A DNA stretch of 64,000 bases from positions 19,927-83,926 of the IMG/VR virus record IMGVR_UViG_2802428982_000005, one strand, 5' to 3'. The position numbers and the translations under genes were made by a program. The notes beneath the pieces were generated by a model. That model was not told where the DNA came from. It searched no databases and was given only the letters and a program-made list of their open reading frames with translations. This document shows positions 1-10,600 of this stretch, one piece after another. The number at the start of each line of letters is the position of its first letter. The first letter of the stretch is position 1. The stretch comes from a virus (taxonomy: Duplodnaviria; Heunggongvirae; Uroviricota; Caudoviricetes).

Positions 1-111
1 CCAGAACCAGCCAGTGACCGGCTCCTGCTGCTGTGTCTGTGGTGGTTCTTTCCACCAACCCAGTTGCGGCTCTGATGATTCCGGTTGCGGGTTGGTGGTC
101 CAGCTCATCTA

Positions 112-255
112 CGGACCGGCGAATCCTATGCAGGAGACCATCTGACCGTCTGCGTCGTTGGTGCCGGTGATCTGTATCCAGGACGGGTTGAGTTTTCCGT
201 CGGGGTCCAGGCCGCCGCGCTCGGCGGTGAAGGTGATGCCGGGCAGTTCGGGCAT
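112..255 (-). CDS. small hypothetical protein (49 aa) downstream of the minor tail gene
   Basis: ATG at 255..253, open to TAG 111..109; hand-translated MPELPGITFTAERGGLDPDGKLNPSWIQITGTND...; below the ORF-track size cutoff. Confidence 0.25.
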
Positions 256-295
256 GGTGAACGTGGTGGCCATGGCTGACGCCTCTCTATGGGGG

Positions 296-2812
296 TTATG
301 CGACTCGGCGGCCGTCGAATGTGGCTATGCCGGATAGGGCTGTGATGCTGCGTGAGACAACGGTTTCCGATCCTGTTGAGCCGTTGGACCGGATGTCGTA
401 GTCGACCGCGATAAATCCTGGCTGTACGACATCTCCCGCCACGAGCGGAAGCTCGAAGGGGCACCCCGAGGGAATAGAGCCGGTGATGCGGGTGCCGTTC
501 TTGTACAGCGTCCAGTAGGGCACAGACGTGCCCTTGGCGGTGACCGATCGGTAGGTGGTGTTGATGCGGTAGAGACCGGTCGTGGCGATCTCGATGCGAG
601 CCGTGCCGAGGTCGTCGAGAGTGACGTCGGTGGTGTAGTCGTTGAATGTGAAGAAGCCGGACGGGAATGCACCGGACGTGTAGGGGCCGTAGGTGACGTC
701 GGCGGTGCTGTCGCGTCTGATGCTCCATGAGTTTGACATCGAGAATCCCGCTCCCGCTGAGGTGTAATCGGACATCGCGAACGCGGCGATGCGGTAGGAG
801 TCGTAGGTGAAAAACGGGCTTGCCCGCTGCACGCTGAACATCGAATACCGGTATGCGGCACCAATGTTGATGGTGTTGCTCGCGTCGGTTGCGGAGAGGA
901 TTTGGCGGCCGTTGACGCGCACGAAGTAGTTGGTGCCTGAGCAGCGGATCTCGATACGCGCACCCTGCTTGACCGCCGAGAGCCCGGTTTGCAGTGTCAG
1001 CGGCGTGTTGAACGACCAGCTGCTGCCCGAGCGGGTGAACTTGCCGATGCGGATTTCGCCCTCTTTCGCAAGGCAGTAGGCGCCCTGGGTGCGGCCCGAG
1101 TCGCATCGGATGTAGACACCGGAGTAGTAGTTGCCATTTTGGGTGTCGCCCAGCACGAATGAGGCCGATTGGCCGTCGGTGGCGTAGGTGTAGTTGGGGC
1201 TGGCGAAGAAGTACCCGTCGGGGTTGCCGTTCTTGACGCCTGCATACCCGGAGTCCCCGCGGATGGTGATGTCGCCGGGGTTGGGGCCGGTGGTCCAGTC
1301 CGTCGAGTTCAGTGCGGCGCCGTCGGCACCCGAGAAGGTGAAGCTGTAGCTGTTGCCGCCACCGGTGTTCTGCTCGGTTTCCTGCTCTTGGAGCGTGGTC
1401 TGCGCCGCGATAGCGCTCTTGAGTGCATCGCGGGATAGGCCGAGCAGCGATAGCAGTGATTCCTTGGCCTGGTTGATCTGCTCACCAATGGTTCCCGTTG
1501 TGCTCGTGGCTGTTCCGTCGGCGCCGGTTTTGACGCCGGTAAGCATGTCGCCGAGGTTGCTGACCAGATCGTTGACCCGGCCCATGTCGAAATTGCCGAC
1601 GACATCGCCCGCGTTCAGTGTCCCGCCCGCGGTGAGCTTCTGAGTCTTGTTGTTGCTCAGTCCGAACCAGTCCTTGACGGCCTGGATGGTCGAGTTGATG
1701 GGTGTGACAACAAGCCCGGCGAAGATGTCCCGTATCTGGTTCAGCTGGGCATTGAGGTCGGGTAGATCAGTGACCTTGGTCTGCGGGAGTAGCGGGATGT
1801 TGCCTAGGCCAAGCAAACCCAGGATCTCCGCTGCGTCGATCTTGCCGTCAGCGGTGATTGCAGCGAGACGGTTTTGGACATCCCCGATCTCGGCGTTGAC
1901 CTGACCGGCGACGGTGTCGAAGAACTCCTTGAAGCGGTCCAGTCCGACCTTATGCGCCAGTTCCTCCAGGGCGTTGCCTATATCGGTGCCGAACTGCTCC
2001 AGCTGGGTGACCAGATCCTGCACGTAGTCCTGCGGCAGCTTCCCGGTCTTCCACGTGTCGGCGTCGTCGAACCAGACGGTGCCTGCGGTGGCGTCGCCGG
2101 TCACTAGGAGCGTGGTGCGGACTTCGTCGACGCCGGTGTCGGGCACGGTGTAGGTGCCGTGCAGCTCCACCCATCCGCTGCTGTCGGCCGCCGACGGTTG
2201 GTGCTGGGCAACCACTGTCGACGACACGGGGTTGCCCGCCAGGTACGAGGTGACGACCAGCCGGATGGGGTTGGTGCCAGCACCTGCCGCAAGGCCCTGC
2301 CAGCGGGTGAATACCTCCAGTTCCAAGTGCTGCTTCTTGGCCACCGGGATGGCGTTGGAGTGCAGGTATTTTGCGGTCCCTGCCATGATGGCCTTGACCG
2401 ATCCCAACGGGCTGGTGCGGCCGATGGTGCCGTCCCACAACCAGTCCGGGTTGTCGGCCACCGCGGCGTCGGTGTCGAAGCCGCCGTTGAGAAGCAGGTT
2501 CGGGAACCATTCGCCGATCTGTGACAAGGGAATGAGTGGCAGCAGTCCGGGTTTGATCCACGACAGGACGTTGGCGATGCCCTTTTTCAGCTCGTCCAAC
2601 CACTCGATGATTTCGGGGATGGGGTTGGTGGCGATGCCCAGCAGCGAGTCGATGAGCCGTTGGAGTTCCTTCTGGATCATCACCGGCAGCTGCTTGAGGA
2701 CGTCGCCGAGGTTGTTGATGGTCTTCTTGAGGGCCGGGTCCTGGGCGAGTTGGTTGGTCGGGTCGTATTCCGTCTTGAAGTTCTGTGGGACCAGATCGAC
2801 TGACCGAGGCAT
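296..2812 (-). CDS. minor tail protein (838 aa)
   Basis: ATG 2812..2810 overlaps the stop of the upstream gene (TAATG); N-term MPRSVDLVPQNFKTEYDPTNQLAQDPALKK typical of mycobacteriophage minor tail proteins; the first 115 aa of the ORF-track entry are run-in from another frame. Confidence 0.7.
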   Translation of the reverse strand: MPRSVDLVPQNFKTEYDPTNQLAQDPALKKTINNLGDVLKQLPVMIQKELQRLIDSLLGIATNPIPEIIEWLDELKKGIANVLSWIKPGLLPLIPLSQIGEWFPNLLLNGGFDTDAAVADNPDWLWDGTIGRTSPLGSVKAIMAGTAKYLHSNAIPVAKKQHLELEVFTRWQGLAAGAGTNPIRLVVTSYLAGNPVSSTVVAQHQPSAADSSGWVELHGTYTVPDTGVDEVRTTLLVTGDATAGTVWFDDADTWKTGKLPQDYVQDLVTQLEQFGTDIGNALEELAHKVGLDRFKEFFDTVAGQVNAEIGDVQNRLAAITADGKIDAAEILGLLGLGNIPLLPQTKVTDLPDLNAQLNQIRDIFAGLVVTPINSTIQAVKDWFGLSNNKTQKLTAGGTLNAGDVVGNFDMGRVNDLVSNLGDMLTGVKTGADGTATSTTGTIGEQINQAKESLLSLLGLSRDALKSAIAAQTTLQEQETEQNTGGGNSYSFTFSGADGAALNSTDWTTGPNPGDITIRGDSGYAGVKNGNPDGYFFASPNYTYATDGQSASFVLGDTQNGNYYSGVYIRCDSGRTQGAYCLAKEGEIRIGKFTRSGSSWSFNTPLTLQTGLSAVKQGARIEIRCSGTNYFVRVNGRQILSATDASNTINIGAAYRYSMFSVQRASPFFTYDSYRIAAFAMSDYTSAGAGFSMSNSWSIRRDSTADVTYGPYTSGAFPSGFFTFNDYTTDVTLDDLGTARIEIATTGLYRINTTYRSVTAKGTSVPYWTLYKNGTRITGSIPSGCPFELPLVAGDVVQPGFIAVDYDIRSNGSTGSETVVSRSITALSGIATFDGRRVA

Positions 2813-4215
2813 TAGACCGGCATGACCTCGACGTACAGCTGGGCGTTGGCCTTGTCGAACAGGTAGGCACCGGCGAGGCCGTCGTTGTACAGGTTGACGT
2901 AGACGGTGCCCTGGTTGCCGGTGTGGTTGGCAGGCACCAGGGCGTAGGTGTTGTCTGGCGTGATGGCCATGGTGGGGTCGGACGGTGTGGACGCGTGGGG
3001 CGACATGTGCGCCCACTGGGAGGTGTTGCCGAAGCCGCGGGCAATGAGTTGGCCGGAGGTGGGGTGTCCCAGCCGGACCTCGCAGCCGATGATGAGCGGG
3101 TCCTGATCCAGCTCCACGCCGGTCGCTTTGATTTTCCCGAACACAATCGGCTTCCACGGGAACGGTTGGGCGGGAATGGCAAAGGACCCGATGGGTGCCC
3201 GGGTGGAGAAGCCCAGGAAGTTGGTGAACGCTGCCTCGGGCACCGTGAACGGCCTAGGCAGGATCGACCCAATGGACATAGGCCGCCACTTACCGGATGC
3301 CCCGATGTTTTCGTCGAAGCCCAGAACCTGGAGGTGTTGTGGCGGGGTGGACATGTCGACGTCCGGGGCCTGCCCGAGGCTGGCGGCAACGCCTTGCGGG
3401 CCGCGCGGGACCTTCAAGTACAGGCGGCACGACGGCGCGTACGGCGACCCTGTCTGGTGGACGTAGGAGTCTTGGGCGCCCTCCGGCGGGAGAAGCTCGA
3501 CGCTCCAGCTGATCTGGGGCACCGGCCCCGGGGGGCCTTCCGATCCCATCATCAGGATGCGGTACTCCGTGCCGAACCAGATGTAGGCACGAGACCCGAT
3601 GAGGTTGGTGACGCCCTCCTGCTCGGTTGTCACGACCACGGAGGAGCTGGTGCCGCCGGTGGGCGTGCCGGTCATCTGCGGCTGCCCGATACCGGCCTTG
3701 GAACCGGCGAAGGTCACCGTGTAGGGGCCGCCGGGGTTGCCGACGACCTCGACGTCGCCGGTCGAGACGTTCGGCAGGGCAACCAGCGCGTCCTCGAACG
3801 CCTGAGCGGTGGCGTTACCGGCAATGGATGAGGTCGGCTGGCCGTCGTACGCGATGGTGAAGGAGGTGGGGTTGCCGTTGAGTGTCACCGTCTGGACCTC
3901 GTTGACGGTGGCGTAGTGGTTCATGATCCAGTACTTGCCGATGTCTTCCTCGATGTCCTGGAGGTTGGTCGGCAGGTCCTCGGGGTCATCGATCATCGAC
4001 TTCTGGAGGCGCAGGGCGAAGGCGTTGGTACCGGCCGGACCCTGTGGCCCCATGAGAGCGGGAACCACCAAAGTTGCCTGATCGCCTTGGATTTCCATGG
4101 TGACCGCGTACTGGTCCGGTGTCGCGCCGTCGGACACCACGGCGTAGATGTGGGTGTTCGTCAGCAGGGACTTGAGGTACACCATCAGGCCGATGGGTGG
4201 TACCGGTGCGGTCAT
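2812..4215 (-). CDS. minor tail protein with collagen-like Gly-X-Y stretch (467 aa)
   Basis: GPQGPAG / GPPGPVP repeats; position in the tail module directly downstream of the tape measure block. Confidence 0.65.
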   Translation of the reverse strand: MTAPVPPIGLMVYLKSLLTNTHIYAVVSDGATPDQYAVTMEIQGDQATLVVPALMGPQGPAGTNAFALRLQKSMIDDPEDLPTNLQDIEEDIGKYWIMNHYATVNEVQTVTLNGNPTSFTIAYDGQPTSSIAGNATAQAFEDALVALPNVSTGDVEVVGNPGGPYTVTFAGSKAGIGQPQMTGTPTGGTSSSVVVTTEQEGVTNLIGSRAYIWFGTEYRILMMGSEGPPGPVPQISWSVELLPPEGAQDSYVHQTGSPYAPSCRLYLKVPRGPQGVAASLGQAPDVDMSTPPQHLQVLGFDENIGASGKWRPMSIGSILPRPFTVPEAAFTNFLGFSTRAPIGSFAIPAQPFPWKPIVFGKIKATGVELDQDPLIIGCEVRLGHPTSGQLIARGFGNTSQWAHMSPHASTPSDPTMAITPDNTYALVPANHTGNQGTVYVNLYNDGLAGAYLFDKANAQLYVEVMPV

Positions 4216-4827
4216 CTAGTCCTCCTTGGGACGGGGTGCGTCGGTGTAGCGGACCTCTGGTTTCGTGTGCCACTCGGCGGTCACGACCGGCCCCTCGCCG
4301 TCGCGGCGTGCGGCTAGACCGCGGACGTCGGGTGGGCGGAGTCGGTCGTCGCTGTAATCGCCTGGCTGTAGGTCTCGTTCGGCGTCGTCGGGGGCGTTGA
4401 CGTCCACCCATGTGCACGCGTTCTCGTAGATGCCTGGGCCGTGCATGCGCCGCTTTTTGATGTGTGCGGTGGCGGTGCGGCGGAAGCCGTACAGCACTGC
4501 GGTCCAGGCGATGGCGAGGATGGTGGCGGACATATGGTTGAGGTCGTGGACGCGCCCGTTCTGGTCGACCGGGTACTCCATGACCTCCAGCAGCTCCAGG
4601 TATGCGCGCTGTATCTCGCGCATTTCTGCGACCTTCGCTGCCTGCTCGATGTCCAGTCCGGCGTCGAGACCGATCTGCATATCTGCTGTGAGGTCGCCAT
4701 TTTCGGCGTCGTCAGCTGCCTCGCAGACGGCAACGTCGCGCGGGGAGAGCGTCGCTGTGTCGGCCGCCGGTGGGGGCGTCTGGTCTGCCGGTACGCGGTG
4801 CGCCTTGCCTGGCCGGTCGGCGGCCAT
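4216..4827 (-). CDS. hypothetical tail-module protein (~203 aa)
   Basis: Start MAADRPGKA at 4827..4825 overlapping the upstream stop; ORF-track N-terminal extension rejected. Confidence 0.5.
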   Translation of the reverse strand: MAADRPGKAHRVPADQTPPPAADTATLSPRDVAVCEAADDAENGDLTADMQIGLDAGLDIEQAAKVAEMREIQRAYLELLEVMEYPVDQNGRVHDLNHMSATILAIAWTAVLYGFRRTATAHIKKRRMHGPGIYENACTWVDVNAPDDAERDLQPGDYSDDRLRPPDVRGLAARRDGEGPVVTAEWHTKPEVRYTDAPRPKED

Positions 4828-6662
4828 CAGAAGATGGTTCCTTCGCCGAGGAATTGGGACAGGGTCGTCCACACGGCCTGCAATGCACGAAGACCCCGCG
4901 CTGCGGGGTCTTCTTTGTCGCTGTCGTCGCCGATGGCCAGTTGCACTGTGACTGGCTCACTTCGGGACCATGTTCGTTTTATGGCGGTGATCTGGTCGAC
5001 GAAGATGATGCCGCCCTGTTCGAACCCGGCCCGGTCGCCCAGGCCGATGTCGATGTCTATGGCGTGTGGTCGGCCGTTGACGACCTTGACCGTAAAGCCC
5101 TGCCAGGCACGGGTTTTGTAGTGGCCGACGCGCATGGTGACGACGCCGGACAGGGTGTAGGCGGTGCCGCCGCCCTTCTCGAAATGCTCTTGCCAGGCCA
5201 TGTCGCCGGTCCAGAGCGCGCGGCGCGGATCGGTGAAGCGCATCCACGCCAGCAAAGTATTGTCCAGCTGGCCTTGGTAGAGGTTGTCCAGACCTTCGGT
5301 GCCCGGCTGCTGGTAGGCGCCGATTGCATAGTTGATTACCTGCGCTAATTGCGACAGCGCGTATCTGATAGCAAATGTCTGAGCTTGGTTGACAATCTGC
5401 GGGCTGCGGGAGCCCGTCATTACCGTCTTGACTGGCCCCTTGTGTTGTCGGCGCTCTGACTCGATGATTCCGCTGAATTGGCCGTCATACCATATGGTTT
5501 TCGGCTTCTCGGGTGCGACGCCGAGCAGCTTTCGGAACACCGGATCGGTCTCGCCGTCACCGTCCTCATCGAGGTTGATGAGGGTTTCGGTGATCATGTC
5601 GTCCAACGTGGCGCCGATGAGGTTGATGACGCCGTCGGCGGCCGTTCCGGTTGGGCCGGTCACGCCAGACTTGTCCTCGATGGCGAAGACGATGCAGTTG
5701 CGGTGCGGCCGAGTGGCGTCGTTGACGGCGTCCTCAGCGACGGTGCCGCGCACCAGGTCTACGAGTTCGGTGTGCGGGGAGTCCTTGTCTTCTTTGAGCC
5801 ATGTGTAGGCGCGGAAGTCGCAGCCAGCGTCCTTCAACATGTCGTTCATCGCCGAGTGCCAGTCGGTCCATGCGGCGCCGATGACGGAGAGGCGGGACTG
5901 GTCGAGGATGGGGTTGACGAACGCGACTTGCAGCGGCCAGGACAGCGGGTCGAGGCCGCTGATGCCTCCGTTGAGCCAGCCGAACGGGTTGAAGACGTTG
6001 GTTGGGATGGACAGGAGCGGGAAGAACAGGCGCGCCAGGTTGATGAACATGGACGCGGACAAGATGGTGCGTGTATTGCCTGGTAGCACCCACATTTTCG
6101 GCAGCTGGACCTCGGGAGGAAACACGGGGTTAGCGGCGAAGAGCAGGTTCTTTGCGTGCTGCCGGTTGCTGATCGCCTCCAGCTCCAGCGTGTGGACGCC
6201 GGACGAGTCACGCTTGGCGTTGATGCCGGTGACCTTCCCTCCCCACCGGGTCCGCCAAGTTGGCTGTGTAGGGATGGGGTCGACGACCAGGTGTAGGTCC
6301 TCGTGGATCTTCGTCTGCTGGAGGATGAAGTCGGTGAGCCAGTTGTCGTACCGCAGTACGACATTCGCCTGGCCGGAGTCCGAATTCATCTCCTCGACGG
6401 ACGCCAGCCGCTCGCCCGCGATTTGGGCGATGGGGTCCATGTTCTTGTCGAAGAGGCGCAGCATGGGCCGTTGGCGTGCCGCACCTTCAATGGCGTCGCG
6501 TCGGCCGCGCAGGTACTTGTAGGCCGACATGGGGTCTGTGGCAGGGTCCGGCTTGGTCGGCCGGTTCATCGTGTCTACGAGGGCGTCGTTGAGCCAGCGC
6601 GTGAACTCCAGTGGCGCTGTGGTTAATCCGTGCTGTACGCCATCTAGGAGTGCGCTAGTCAC
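4827..6662 (-). CDS. minor tail protein (611 aa)
   Basis: Large ORF in the tail module; L5 gp27-like position and size. Confidence 0.65.
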   Translation of the reverse strand: MTSALLDGVQHGLTTAPLEFTRWLNDALVDTMNRPTKPDPATDPMSAYKYLRGRRDAIEGAARQRPMLRLFDKNMDPIAQIAGERLASVEEMNSDSGQANVVLRYDNWLTDFILQQTKIHEDLHLVVDPIPTQPTWRTRWGGKVTGINAKRDSSGVHTLELEAISNRQHAKNLLFAANPVFPPEVQLPKMWVLPGNTRTILSASMFINLARLFFPLLSIPTNVFNPFGWLNGGISGLDPLSWPLQVAFVNPILDQSRLSVIGAAWTDWHSAMNDMLKDAGCDFRAYTWLKEDKDSPHTELVDLVRGTVAEDAVNDATRPHRNCIVFAIEDKSGVTGPTGTAADGVINLIGATLDDMITETLINLDEDGDGETDPVFRKLLGVAPEKPKTIWYDGQFSGIIESERRQHKGPVKTVMTGSRSPQIVNQAQTFAIRYALSQLAQVINYAIGAYQQPGTEGLDNLYQGQLDNTLLAWMRFTDPRRALWTGDMAWQEHFEKGGGTAYTLSGVVTMRVGHYKTRAWQGFTVKVVNGRPHAIDIDIGLGDRAGFEQGGIIFVDQITAIKRTWSRSEPVTVQLAIGDDSDKEDPAARGLRALQAVWTTLSQFLGEGTIF

Positions 6663-7676
6663 CTACCGAGACCTCTTATAGCGTTGCGGCAGTATCGCGG
6701 TGATCTTGGCGTTGGGATTGCTGTGCTTAACCCGGATCTGCGCGACGTGCCTGGATGGGACTGATGCTTGGAACCGCTTGTCGAATCGCTTCCACACCGG
6801 CTCACCGGTGGCTGCCAGGTCGTGCAGTAGGAAGTCCAGTATCTTTGAGCGCCTGGCGATCTGGTAGAAGATGTTGTCGACCGGGTCGTTGGATGCGGTG
6901 AGTGTCCGCTCCTTGGGGTCGGTGTCGACGAGGACGTATCCGTCGGAAGGGGCTATGAGGGGTAGCTCGACCATGCGTCCGCTGTCGCCGTCCTCAACCC
7001 AGCACCGGCCGGGCGGGACTATGAATTGGGTGTAGGACTCCAGGTCGCCGCGGTTGGGCAGCACGATGATGCCTTCGCCGTCGCCACCGAATTGTGCTGC
7101 GGTGGCGGGGTTGTTCTGCCACGTCGCCCAGATGGATGGCTTGCTGTAGTAGGGCTTCTGCGCCAGCCACTTCATCGGCCACTTGGCGAAGTTGTTTCCG
7201 AAGGCGACGGGGTCGCGCTTCTGGCTGCCCCCTACGGTCTGGGCGGGCCGGACCCTGATCCAACGCCAGCCGGAGAAGCGGGTGTAGATGCCGAGCCATC
7301 CGTCACGGTTCTCGTCCTGGCCGCGGAACCACCGGTCCTCAGCCATTCGGTACTGGAAGTTGTTGAACGGCACTCCTTTACCGCCGATGGAGACGGTGAA
7401 GTTGATTTCTCGTTTGAGGATGTTGGCGCGTTCGACGGTGGCCCCAAGCTCGTAGGCGCCTTCGGTTAGCAGTAGCTCGAAAGGCCAGTGGTGCTCGCCC
7501 TCAATGTCTTCGGACAGCTGCACGCCCTGACGTCCGGCGTTGATGCCGCCGTACATGTCGGTGAAGTCGCCGTCCGGTGAGATGTGGACGATCCGGGTGT
7601 CGAGCCCCTGGAGGGCCTTCGGCAGCTTGTCCCATTGGTCGTAGGCGGGGATCTCGGACTGCCGGATGTACCTCAC
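6663..7676 (-). CDS. minor tail protein (~337 aa, GTG start)
   Basis: GTG 7676..7674 overlaps the tape-measure stop TGA 7675..7673 (GTGA); the ORF-track N-terminal 140 aa are Arg/Pro-rich run-in. Confidence 0.6.
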   Translation of the reverse strand: MRYIRQSEIPAYDQWDKLPKALQGLDTRIVHISPDGDFTDMYGGINAGRQGVQLSEDIEGEHHWPFELLLTEGAYELGATVERANILKREINFTVSIGGKGVPFNNFQYRMAEDRWFRGQDENRDGWLGIYTRFSGWRWIRVRPAQTVGGSQKRDPVAFGNNFAKWPMKWLAQKPYYSKPSIWATWQNNPATAAQFGGDGEGIIVLPNRGDLESYTQFIVPPGRCWVEDGDSGRMVELPLIAPSDGYVLVDTDPKERTLTASNDPVDNIFYQIARRSKILDFLLHDLAATGEPVWKRFDKRFQASVPSRHVAQIRVKHSNPNAKITAILPQRYKRSR

Positions 7677-10600
7677 GGCCGAGGCAGTCCCGTCATCCGG
7701 GTGTTCATCCGGTCGGGCGGCTTCACCAGGCCTCCTGGGTCGTTGATGGTGACGGGGCCGTAGAACGCGGCACCGGTGGCGTTGCTGTTGTTGCTGTTCT
7801 GGTTGGTCGTGTAGTTGTTCCCGCCCGGGTTCTGGCTGTTGGGCAGGAAGTCGCCGACCTGTGGGAGCGCTGCCTGGAGTGCGTCGCCGACCACGCCCAT
7901 GCCGCCGTCGCCGAAGTCGAACTCTCCAAGGCCTCCGTTGCCGGGGCCGGGGGCGCCGCCTGGGCCATGGCGGTTGTTGCGCAGGGCCTGAGTACCCAAG
8001 GGGTTTTGCTGCTGTTGCTGCGGTCCGCCGAATGCGTTCTTGAGCATTCCGCCGATGGCGTTTGCGCCTCCGGTGAACAGCTTGAAGATGCCCCACTCCA
8101 TGGGGTTGGAGAAGATGGAGCCGTCGAGGCCGAGCATCTCCATGGCGCCGGACATCATGTCCTTGGCGAAGCTCTTACCATCGGGACCGCTGCCCGGCTG
8201 CTGGCCGTTGCGTCCGCCGCGGCCCCGGGCGTCGGCGTCGTTGACTTGTTCTTGCTTCGTGGCCAGGTCGTCCAGCGCGTCCTTGTGCTCGCGCTGCGCC
8301 CGGGATAGCCGCTCCTCGGCGGCTGCCTGCTCGGACGGCTTCACGTTCTTCTTGCTCTGTAGTTCGTCGAGCTTCCGTTGTGCCTGTTCGATGTCGAACT
8401 GCTTGTCCTGGACCTTCTGCTCTGCGTCGCGCAGTTGGCGTCGCTGTGCGGGGGATGCGCCGCCCCCACCGCTTCCCCCACCGCCGTAACCGCCTGCCCC
8501 GCCTCCTCCGCTGCCGGAGCCGTACATGCTGTAGCCGCCGCCTGCTGCGCCGCTGGGCCAGCCGTCGGGGTACATGGCGTTGACGGGGATGTACGCCTGG
8601 TTGGTGAACTGGGGGTCGTCGGCGCCTGCGGCGCCCGCGCCGACGGTGAACTTGCCTACGCTGCCACCGGATTCGGCGTTGCGGCCGTCGGGCAGCGTGA
8701 CGGCCATGTGGCCGCCGCCGGGGCCGCCGTTCTTCCATCCGACCCGGAGGGTGCCTGCTGGTCCGCGGCCCATGATGGCGCCGCGGGCGGCGAGCCAATC
8801 GGCTGCGTTACCGGTCGCCATTCGCTCGCCGTACAGGGGCTGGCCGACGGCGGCGTTGACGAGGACGGACGCGGCGCCGGAGCAGTCGGTGCCGGATGGG
8901 CTGTGGCCGCCGCGTACGTAGGGCGCGCCTGCCATGTCGTTGGCTGCGTCTTCGATTGAGATGGGGCCGCCGCCCGCGTATCCGGGTATGCCGGTGAGGA
9001 TTCGCAGGAAGTTGGCGGACGGTACCCAGCCGCGGTTCATGGCGTTGATGAGCGGCATGTTGTCGCGGGTGGACTGCGCGGTGTTGATCGATTCCCGGTT
9101 GGATACCTTGATGAATCCCCCTGCGCCACCGCCTATTACGCGGGCGAGGATGGAGTCGCTGGTGCCCGTCCCTGGGCCGCTGATGACGCCGCGGCTGTCG
9201 ACATGTCCACCGGAGGCGCGGCCGGGTACCTGCCCGGCGAGGGTGGCTGCGCTGAATACGCCCTGTAATCCGGGCGGCAAGATCGCGCCGAGTGAGTTGG
9301 CCAGTTTGAGGTCGATGGGAAGGGTGGCGGTCGTGTTGTTGACCTTGTACACCAGGTCGTTGAAACGCTTCTGCGCCTCATCGGTTGCGGCGGTGACCTT
9401 TACGATTCCGCCGGGCAGCTGCGTGACGGTGTACCCGAGTTCTTCGAGTTTCTTCTTCGTCTCGTCGTACTTCGCCGGGTCGACCTTGAGGTCTATCGAC
9501 TTGTTGTTGGGCACCGACACGATGGCGGCGCCGAGTTCCTTAAACCTGGCGGTGCCTTCCTCGGTCGCCTTCCACAAGCCGTACTGGGCTTCTGCACGGT
9601 CTCGCAATGACTGTGCGCCCTTGTCCGTCTCTCGTCGCTGCTCGTTGACGTTCTGAGTTAGCGTGATAAGCGACTCATTAGCGTCCGGCATGGCGTCGAT
9701 AATCTGTTGCAGTCCAACGAGATTTTGGTCACCGGGGTTGGCCGTGCGGTACTTTGCAATCTTCTCGTTGACGGTGTCCCAGCCGTTGCCCTCCTTGAGG
9801 AGCGCGTTGTACAGCTCGTCGGATGACACCCCCATGGCCTGGTACTGCTGCTGGATGACCTTCCAGTCCAGCTTCGTGCCGCCTGATCCGGTGATAGAGA
9901 CCTTGTCCAGGCCCTCCCGCACACCCTTGTCTAGCGCCAGCTTCTTGATGATGTCGTACGCCTGCGCATTTCCTGTTCCAGTTGCGGCGTCTACCAACAT
10001 GTTTGGGTCGATGCCTAGGCCCTTGGCGCGCCCGATGTCGGTGGTCTTGTAGGGGTCTTCCTTGCCGAACCGCTCGGCGGCCTTCCTACGGGTTTCGTCG
10101 GTGACACGACCGGTGTCCTGGTCCAGGGTGGCGCGCAATTCCTCCTCGGCCTGCTTCTGCTCCTGCGCCTTCTGCGCGGCCTTCTGGTGGGCGTCGGCAA
10201 TCATGCCCATAGCGATGCCGACACCGGCGGCGGCAACACCCCACGGGCCGCCGAGCATGGACAGGACCCCGGACCCGGCGAGCTTCATGCCGGTCATGGC
10301 TGCCCCGGCGGTTCCTGCGGTGCGGGAGAAGAACAGGGACCGGTCGGCAGCCTGGTTATAGCTGTCCCGCATCTGCGTGACCCATCCGCGTTGTGCGCGT
10401 GTCGATTCGCCAGCAGCTCGTGTCGCGTTCTCAATGGCCTGCTGTGCCTGCGCAGCGGGGGTACGCCATCCAGCGAAGGCGGTGCCCCATGCCTGGGTGG
10501 CCTTGGCGGCAACCTGTAGAGCAGGGCCGGTCAGCTTGGACTTGAGGTACAGGGCGGTGAGGACTGCGACGAGACCGGTGGTGAGCCATTGGTTGTTGCC

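Noticed and set aside
126-3389. Long Arg/Pro/His-rich ORFs (126..1106 -, 325..963 -, 1950..3389 -) overlapping the minor tail genes
   Set aside because: Alternative-frame artifacts typical of 66% GC DNA. They have low-complexity RPRH-rich translations and are fully nested in or overlap better-supported tail genes.
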